The position numbers and the translations under genes are program-made. This document shows, piece by piece, positions 54,456-64,000 of a stretch of DNA of 64,000 bases. This DNA is from Eledone cirrhosa (lineage: Eukaryota). The notes under the pieces were generated by a model. It saw only the letters and a program-made list of their open reading frames with translations. It was not told where the DNA came from and did no database searches. Within the stretch, counting starts at the first letter, position 1; each line of letters opens with the position of its first letter. The stretch lies in NCBI GenBank assembly GCA_964016885.1, contig OZ024740.1, forward strand, positions 268,026,001 to 268,090,000, read 5' to 3'.

Positions 54456-54932
54456 ACTAGCAGAAAAACCAGCCTTCGGGTGGTTTTCTGCTAGTGTACA
54501 TATTGATATTATACGCAAGTATACATGTATGCAGATATGATACATCAAATAAAATCGTAATTGACAATATACACAGAAATTGAACGAAGACTGCGTTACA
54601 CTGTCTTATGTAATCAGTAACGTAATCCATGATACATTAAAAAAAGACGATATTATATATAAACTGCATTAGGAGAAAATTAGTGACGTGAATGTATGAA
54701 TGTTTATTTAAGCAATCGCTAACCGGATGTGTTGACGTTTGAACATTTTGAAGAAGTGAATCTTAAAATAAACAAAATTATTTATATTTAATCAAGATAA
54801 CGAAATTTAGTAGATAAATTATGTAATATTCCTTCATTATTTATTCAAAGTAATCCAACTTATTTTACAAACGGGATAAAAAAATATATTCTGGACGCAG
54901 TCCCGCACCCCTTACTTTATTATAGTTCAGAT
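54456..54932 (+). mobile_element. Helentron-like element (copy 2)
   Basis: Collinear with 44382-44896. Confidence 0.6.
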
Positions 54933-55017
54933 GATGACGGTGTAATTATGATAATAATAATTATAATGATTGTTTCTAATTTAAACAGAATACCAGCAAT
55001 TTCTGATGTAAGTCGAT

Positions 55018-55212
55018 TACGAGGGTCCGTTGAAAAGTTCATAGGATGAATAAGAAGGAGTAAGGTTAGAGATGTGAAATCTTGAATGCAATCATTGAAT
55101 GCATAATAAATACATTGTTTCGTTCCAGGGATTATGTTGAAAAATAAACCTCATTTGGTCATTCTATGAGAGTATACTGGTCAACCTATGAACCTTTCAG
55201 TTGACCCTCGTA
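55018..55212. mobile_element. Mariner-derived MITE inserted in a SINE remnant
   Basis: TA-CGAGGGTCCGTTGAAAAGTTCATAGG at the left and CCTATGAACCTTTCAGTTGACCCTCG-TA at the right. Confidence 0.85.
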
Positions 55213-56179
55213 CATCGACTTTAACACTTGATTGGCGGTTTATTTTATAGACCCCATAAAGTTAATCCTACCATTCAGAGGAGTTGGTCGATATATTCCA
55301 TTATGGTTTATATTTCATTGTTTTTATTTGCTATTCCAGCAACTCACAGATATTTCCCAGTAGAATGGTCTATTTAAGAAGCTGCTCTGTGTACTGCTTT
55401 CGTTGCAGTCGTTTTTTATTTTCTTGCGATTTTTGTTTCATTTGTGATTTGCTTTTTTTTTATGATGTTGTTTGTCAGGCTTGTTGGTGTTCTTGTTGAT
55501 GCTTTTATTGTTACTGTAGCAACAGTTTCGTATTTAGTTGTTGCTTGATGGTGGTAGTTAGTCAATGGTTTCCAGGTTGTTGGCATATCCTTAAATTCTA
55601 AATCGTAAAAAAGACGGTCGTTAACTTTCTTCTCTTCATTCCAACGACTTGCCAATGTATCGTCTTCTCATCCTTGTCTCCTTGTCGCTTGGTGAAGAGT
55701 GAAAAAAAATGAGAAGTTATAACAAGTGGGAGTTGACAAAGGCATATGTTAGTGTTTGACTGTATAACGTTATGCTAGTGGGTTTCTTTCTGGAAGGAGA
55801 GCCGTCTTGTGGGGATTCCTTTGTTTGTATAGGCAGTTGTATTCCACTCTTTCTCTGACTCAGTAGTAGTATTGATTGCTGTTGTAGCTACTTCAATAAT
55901 TCTGCTGCTGCTTCTAATGTTAATGATCTGGTTATGTTTTAAAAACAAACAACGGGGCTTTCACTCTTTGTCAGAAGACAGAAAGCCTTCTGGTGGTTGA
56001 TGTTACAATAGGTGGAACGTAAATCTCTCCTGTCCTCCATTCCAAATATTCTCAGATCACTGGTCTTCTAATGAATGAGGTCAGAGAACCTCACAATGTT
56101 CGTCAGGTGTGGGCAGTATCTGCACTTCTATTTTTAACTCTAACCAATTATGGATGGAACAGCTTTATAAATAAACACT

Positions 56180-56365
56180 GGTGAATTGGCAGTATCCGTA
56201 GAGTGTTGGACGCCATACTTTCTAGCATAGTTACGTCTCTTTACGGGCTGAGTTCAAATCCCGTCGAGGTTAACTTTGCTTTTCATCCTTACGGGGTCGA
56301 TAAAATAAAGTACTAGTAATCCACTGGAGTAATTGCTGCCCTTGTGTCAAAGTAGAAACAGTTAT
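56180..56365 (+). mobile_element. tRNA-derived SINE
   Basis: Head, core and tail. Flanking duplication TTATAAATAAACACTG. Confidence 0.88.
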
Positions 56366-56598
56366 AAATAAACACTGTCTATAAGAAATGAATTTTTTTT
56401 TTCGTTTAACAATTTTATTTACCTTACCCTTAAACTCCGGAGGTAAAAATCATTCGGTTATTCTAAATAGAATATTAATCTAACGACTCCTTTTATAGTA
56501 TAAATGTGTTTTTGTCTTTGCAAGAAATCGTTCTTCACGCTCCACATAACGATGTAATAAACGTAGTGGTTTGCTCAATAACTTCTTATTGTGTAGGA

Positions 56599-57079
56599 AT
56601 CTAAACTATAATAAAGTAAGAAGTGCGGGACTGCGTCCAGAATATATTTTTTTATCCCGTTTGTAAAATAAGTTGGATTACTTTGAATAAATAATGAATG
56701 AATATTACATACTTTATCTACTAAATTTCGTGGCTATTGATTAAATATATTTTGTTTATTTAAAGATTAACTTCTTTAAAATTTCTGAAATGTCAACACT
56801 TCCGGTTGGCGATCGCTTAAATAAACATAATTTTCTGTCACTAATTTTCTCCTAATGCAGTTTATATATAATATCGACTTTTTTTAATGTATCATGGATT
56901 ACGCTACTGATTACATAAGACAGTGTAACGTAGTCTTCGCTCAATTTCTATGTATTATATATTGTCAATTACGATTTTATTTGATGTATCATATCTACAT
57001 GTATATATACTTGCGTATAATATCAATATACACACTACACATGCTAGCAGAAAACCACCCCGGGTGGTTTTCTGCTAGT
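56599..57079 (-). mobile_element. Helentron-like element (copy 3)
   Basis: Reverse complement of 54456-54932. Confidence 0.6.
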
Positions 57080-58085
57080 TCACATACTTGAGTATCCCAT
57101 TCATTACTAGTCATCTTATATATGAAGGTAGTTGTAGGTACTCTTCTAACCAAACAAGACACTAACACATATGCTACAGCCCTTTTTCCGACGTACCATA
57201 TGATGAAATGCCATCCATCTTTGATGTCCTTTTCAACATATTCTAAAATAGGGTCTGTATCGATTTTTCTCTTGACGTATTTGTATTGCATAATCTTTTT
57301 ATGAATATGTGTGTTTGTTGGTGTGCGTGTAAGAATATGTATGTGTGTGTGTATATGTGTATATTGTGTGGTATGTGTGTGTGTTTGTGTATGTCCATAT
57401 GTGTGTGAGTGTGTGTATGTATGTGTGTGTGTTTGTGTGTGTGTATGCGTTTGTGTGTCTGAGTGCATGTGTGTTTGAGTATGTCCAAGTGTGTGTGAGT
57501 GTGTGTGTAAGAATATGTGTGTATGTATGTGTGTGTTTTGTGTGTGTATGTATGTGTTTGTGTGTGTATGTGTGTGCATGTGTGTTTGTGTATGTCCAAG
57601 TGTGTGTGTGTGTGTGTGTGTCTGTGTCTGTGTGTCTGTGTGTGTCTGTGTGTGAGTGTGTGCGTGCCTTTGTGTGTTTCTTTCTACCTCTGGCAGTGTG
57701 AATATATCAGGTCAAACAATGTTCATCCTAATACATATGTTCTTTTGTCATCGCTTGTTCCAACTTTACTTTGATTCTTTAACATAAAAGAAAGTTAGCA
57801 TTCCATCAACACAATTGATATTTCAACCATTTGCAGTATCTATATATGGCGGCAAAATTACAGAGTCGTTAGAATGTCGGATAGAATGCTTGGCGATATT
57901 CGTTTCGGCTCTCTGCTCTCTGAGTTCAAATCCCGTCGAGGTCAACTTTGCCTTTCAGCCATTAAAGGTCGATAAAGAAAGGTATTAGTCTAGTACTGGG
58001 GTCTATTCTTCCTCTATATGACTTTCTCACTTCCATTCCCTCACTCACTATCCTTGTCTGGAAGAAATCTGCTATATTCAGACAG

Positions 58086-58375
58086 GGAGAGGATTGGGCT
58101 TCGTAAGGTTTTTAAAATGTGCCCTAGAAACGCCGTATGACACTACAGGGAGAGGATTGGGCTAGGTAAGGTTTTTAAAATGTGCCCTACCTAGAAACGC
58201 CGTATGACACCACGGGGAGAGGATTGGGCTTCGTAAGGTTTTTAAATGTGCCTTAGAAACGCCGTATGACACCACGGGGAGAGGATTGGGCTTCGTAAGG
58301 TTTTTAAAATGTGCCCTAGAAACGCCGTATGACACTACGGTGCCCCCACGACTCCCTCGGGAGTTAAAGGACTAT
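58086..58375 (+). repeat. Tandem repeat of about 62 bp x4 within a dispersed repeat family
   Basis: GGGAGAGGATTGGGC...CCTAGAAACGCCGTATGACAC units. Single-unit relatives near 40228-40350, 50704-50825 and 53635-53755. Confidence 0.85.
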
Positions 58376-58378
58376 GCA

Positions 58379-58415
<37 letters not shown>

Positions 58416-58592
58416 CTTCAAGATTACGTGCAGCTACTTCATCCATCACGTTTACTTTTCATGATTTAATACAACCATCTAAATTACTCGTTACTTCTTT
58501 CTATAAATTACATAACATTCCATATTGAAATATCAGCAGCTGGTTTATAGTAAAATAATACAATACACACACACACGCGCACGCACACACAC

Positions 58593-58623
<31 letters not shown>

Positions 58624-58636
58624 GTAAAATAATACA

Positions 58637-58677
<41 letters not shown>

Positions 58678-59132
58678 TATATATATATTAGATTTTACAT
58701 TTGCTTTAAATTTGATATTATCTTTAATTTCGGATTGTTATTATTTCCTTCTAATCATTTGCCACCTATGTTTTCCTCACCATTTATATTGTTACTGTAA
58801 AACCACCTCATACGTTTCAATAATTTTCTCTTACGCAAAGACGGAGGCAAGTGGCAAAGTTTTTCTCTTTTCACTTTTCATTGTTCTTACTAGTCAAATT
58901 TCTACACAATCATAAAACTAACAACAAAGAAAATATCTTCTTTCCTTCGAAGTCATTTATTTTTGCTATTCTTTTCAAGCAAATCGCTTTAGTTCTTCTA
59001 AATTCGTTATCTCATCTCAATGGACACTAACTAAAGATTTTCTCGATCATTCTAAGCTTAAGAAAATTAGTTTTTTGTCGTAGTTTATCACAATTATTTC
59101 GCCATCGAAACCTTAATTCCAGTTTTCTTTTT

Positions 59133-59202
<70 letters not shown>

Positions 59203-60412
59203 TTTATTCAGTTATTTATTTCGTCCTTTATTTATTTTCTTTCTATCCCCCCCCCCTCTCGCTCTCTCTCTCTCACTGGTATTAACATCACAAATAAAGT
59301 GAATTTGCTTCAATCTGGAAGTGAAACCAGGTCGAGTGATCGGTTAACAATGAATTTATCTCGTATCATAGACACTTTCTCAAAACAACCATGATCACGA
59401 TGATGGTGATGATGATGACGATGACGATGGTGATGGTGATGACCATAATTTCGTCAAACAATAACAATGGCGATGTTAAATATTTCTCAATCCGATTCGA
59501 GATTTAATAGGAGATTTAAAAATATGGAAGATCACAAAGGGAACTTGTAATCAAACATTTATTTTTCTCAGACTGAGGCGTTGCTTGTGAAGCAATGCAA
59601 TGTATCTAACCTTCAATGCTGTGTATCTAGCGTTGTTGTTACATTAGAGAGTACGCATCATCAAGTGGGTTTTTTATAGTCACATAGTGGAAACATTTTC
59701 AGTCGATAGTTCGGTTTACAATCGCGTTCATAAATATCTATGCTGCTAGACTGCATCCGGAAAAAAATCCGGCTGGCCGATAAGGGTTCCTCTCGCTATT
59801 GTGCACAGACCTCCTCCCCCATTTCTCTTTCATTTTTATTTATTTATTTCTCTCATATTTTGTGAGTTTAGTAAAACTTTCAAATGCTGGTGAGTTGAAT
59901 GGAGTTGAAATACACGTGAGCCTTATCTAAAGAACTTCCCAAGAGAGGACATCTAGAAAGATCTCCGAACACAGAACACAAAGAAACGATACAGATACCG
60001 TTAGCTGTCTCCACTGCAGCTCTGACAATTCAGCCAATTTTCGACCTTGCTTTGTACTTTATTTATCAACCCTGAAATGATGAAAAGCAAAGCTACGCTC
60101 GATAGGATTTGAACACAGAATGCGGAGGGCCAAACCAAATACTATAAGGCATTGTATCTGACGCTCTTCGGCTCTGCTAATTCGCTACCATTTTATTATA
60201 TATTATCTACACTGGCGTGTAGATAATACATACCGGTTTGCATCAAATCAATTCAATGTTTACAATGAAAAATAACTCAATGAGTTTATTTATTAATGAA
60301 TAAATAAGACTAGCTCTTTTTGATTACTAACTGTAAGGGTACTCGATACTTCCCTGAGTCTGTCATGGCTTATTATACGCTCGTTTAAATTGAATAAATG
60401 AATACATACATA

Positions 60413-60725
60413 AATAATTGTTTCTGATTTAGGCACAAGGCCAGCAATTTGGGGAGAGGGGAAAGTCGATTAAATCGACCCCAGTGCATTACTGGTACTT
60501 TATTTTATCTACCCCTTAAGGATGAAAGGCTGGAATTAAACTCAGATCATAAAGGGCCGTAACTCTATGCTGCAAAGCATGTCGTCCGACCTTCTACCGA
60601 TACTGCCAATCCACCGTCCTCTTAAACCATCAATAATGATGGTTTAATCAGAATGTAAAGAGCCATAACTCTATGCTGCAAATCATGGTGTCTGACGCTC
60701 TACCGATACTGCCAAGCCACCGCCT
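60413..60725 (-). mobile_element. SINE plus an adjacent partial SINE head
   Basis: Reverse complement of the SINE consensus. Confidence 0.85.
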
Positions 60726-61668
60726 TAATAAATACATAAATAATAAGAGAAACAACATTACTAGTGTTTGCAATGTTTATCACCAGTTTACATTGAAATA
60801 TGATAATCAGTGAAAATGTCGCAGATATGTGTGACAAATGAACTTTCAGAAATTATATTAATATTTATATATTTAACTGTTGGTCACTCAATGATAAATT
60901 ATTTATAGAAATATAAAAATATACTAAAGCGATATTCAAAGCAAAAAGTGAGTGTGTTTTACTATTTTTTGGTAATATTAGGACAACATGACCTTCCCAA
61001 ATATAAAAATATTTGTTTCAACACATGATTTCATATAAACAAAACCTTCCAAACAAATACATTCTCGCTACATTGAAAATATTACCAGTTAATTAAGTGA
61101 AAAATACACATTGTTATATATGATTAATAAATTCATATAATATTCTAAATAGTATTACATAAAGGAATGCAATATGGATATTACAATCCACCCACGTAGT
61201 ATAATGTTATTGTTATGGAGTTATGTTCTAAATCCAGATCTAGTGTCTCAATACCTGTATCAAACCTCACAGATAGATATTCGTGGAGGTAAAATTCGTA
61301 AATTATCAAATGTGAATCAGATTAATTCAAACGAGAAATAAAACATTCAATTGCTATATATATTTGTGACGTGTGATGACTTGGTAGAAGAAGCGTTAAC
61401 GGCAAATTCCTTTTCTTCAAAAAGCAAAAAATTAATTATAAAAATAAATTTAATTCTCAACATTGTCGAAAAATTTATAGAAATTCTGGATTTTGAAATG
61501 TTTAGAACGCATAAATATTTCTCAGTAAACAAAGGAAAAAATATCAAATTAACAGATCAAAAACCCTTTTAGCATTATTTTCTTAAAGCAATTAATGCTT
61601 TCTTTTGAATTTTTAATAAAAAAAAAAAAAAAAAAAAAAAAGAAAAACCCACAAGGAAACGAAAAAAC

Positions 61669-61793
<125 letters not shown>

Positions 61794-62174
61794 CCAACAA
61801 CACAAATCAAATCAAACAGAAATATTATGGTTTTGGAACGTAACTTATATATTTCTGAGAGAGAGACAATGAGGTGCATGCTGGATGAGTGAGAGTAAAT
61901 CAGAAGATTTGAACGTAATAATTTCCTCGAGAAGGAAGTTGTAAAGTCCCAATAAGAAATTGAAACCATCTAGCAGGATCCATCAAATGGGGGTATCTCT
62001 ACTGTACACAATGTTTGTTACATTGTCTTCAAATAATTTATACAGGAGTAATAAGATATAAATGGCAGTGTAATCATTTCTGCCAATAGATGAGTGTGTC
62101 CACCAGGCACGAGCATAAAGAGATCAAACTCCGACTTCACTGCCTCCGTCTCTCCTGCTCTCCCCATCTCTCAT

Positions 62175-64000
62175 TCAACTACCACTATCACAACCACTGT
62201 GCCATCACCAACCACCACCCTCACAACTACTGCCACCACCTCAACTACCACTATCACAACCACTGTGCCATCATGAACCACCGCTCTCACAACCACTGCC
62301 ACCACCTCAACTACAACTATCACAACCACTGTGCCATCACGAACCACCGCCCTCACAACCACTGACACCACCTCAACTACCACTATCACAACCACTGTGC
62401 CATCAACAACCACCGCCCTCACAACCACTGCCACCACTTCAACTACCACTATCACAACCACTGTGCCATCACCAACCACCACCCTCACAACCACTGCCAC
62501 CACTTCAACTACCACTATCACAACCACTGTGCCATCACCAACCACCACCCTCACAACCACTGCCACCACCTCAACTACCACTATCACAACCACTGTGCCA
62601 TCACCAACCACCACCCTCACAACCACTGCCACCACTTCAACTACCACTATCACAACCACTGTGCCATCACCAACCACCACCCTCACAACCACTGCCACCA
62701 CTTCAACTACCACTATCACAACCACTGTGCCATCACCAATCACCACCCTCACAACCACTGCCACCACTTCAACTACCACTATCACAACCACTGTGCCATC
62801 ACGAACCACCGCCCTCACAACCACTGACACCACCTCAACTACCACTATCACAACCACTGTGCCATCAACAACCACCGCCCTCACAACCACTGCCACCACC
62901 TCAACTACCACTATCACAACCACTGTGCCATCATGAACCACCGCCCTCACAACCACTGCCACCACCTCAACTACCACTATCACAACCACTGTGCCATCAC
63001 CAACCACCACCCTCACAACCACTGCCACCACCTCAACTACCACTATCACAACCACTGTGCCATCACCAATCACCACCCTCACAACCACTGCCACCACCTC
63101 AACTACCACTATCACAACCACTGTGCCATCACCAACTACCACCCTCACAACCACTGCCACCACCTCAACTACCACTATCACAACCACTGTGCCATCACCA
63201 ACCACCGCCCTCACAACTACTGCCACCACCTCAACTACCACTATCACAACCACTGTGCCATCACCAACCACCGCCCTCACAACCACTGCCACCACCTCAA
63301 CTACCACTATCACAACCACTGTGCCATCACCAACCACCGCCCTCACAACCACTGCCACCACCTCAACTACCACTATCACAACCACTGTGCCATCACCTAC
63401 TACCACCCTCACAACCACTGCCACCACCTCAACTACCACTATCACAACCACTGTGCCTTCATGAACTACCACCCTCACAACCACTGCCACCACCTCAACT
63501 ACCACTATCACAACCACTGTGCCATCATGAACCACCACCCTCACAACTACTGCCACCACCTCAACTACCACTATCACAACCACTGTGCCATCACCAACCA
63601 CCACCCTCACAACCACTGCCACCACCTCGACTACCACTATCACAACCACTGTGCCATCACCTACTACCACCCTCACAACCACTGCCACCACCTCAACTAC
63701 CACTATCACAACCACTGTGCCATCACCAACCACCACCCTCACAACCACTGCCACCACCTCAACTACCACTATCACAACCACTGTGCCATCACCAACCACC
63801 ACCCTCACAACCACTGCCACCACTTCAACTACCACTATCACAACCACTGTGCCATCACCAATCACCACCCTCACAACCACTGCCACCACTTCAACTACCA
63901 CTATCACAACCACTGTGCCATCACCAACTACCACCCTCACTAACACTGCCACCACCTCAACTACCACTATCACAACCACTGTGCCATCACCAACCACCAC
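62175..64000 (+). repeat. 66-bp minisatellite (at least 27 units, runs off the window)
   Basis: Unit TCAACTACCACTATCACAACCACTGTGCCATCACCAACCACCACCCTCACAACCACTGCCACCACC. Confidence 0.95.

Noticed and set aside
62171-64000. 609-aa Val-rich minus-strand ORF
   Set aside because: It is the antisense reading of the A/C-rich minisatellite and is open because of base composition.

Overview
This is eukaryotic, AT-rich, microsatellite-saturated genomic DNA. The SINE family and the (TA)n/(CA)n/(GA)n load suggest a coleoid cephalopod such as an octopus (inference). No host protein-coding gene can be supported, and most listed ORFs are microsatellite artefacts. Recognisable retroelements are a near full-length R4/Dong-like RLE non-LTR element with a tandem truncated copy, a near full-length Tx1-clade LINE, RTE remnants, Penelope-like (PLE) RT and GIY-YIG remnants, and about 25 tRNA-derived SINE copies. 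DNA elements are a mariner remnant, MITEs and Helentron-like elements, and a 66-bp minisatellite closes the window. The main hidden signal is a dense and diverse set of type I hammerhead ribozymes (HHRs), read by eye. They sit in short, often foldback, modules inserted into (TA)n tracts. They include two unrelated families with the compensated U3-A8 core, a 319-bp tandem retrozyme-like unit, and HHRs with very large or branched stem II. The SINE 3' tail also shares a 20-nt motif with the Dong-like LINE 3' UTR. All RNA structures were folded by hand and are untested, and most element boundaries are approximate.
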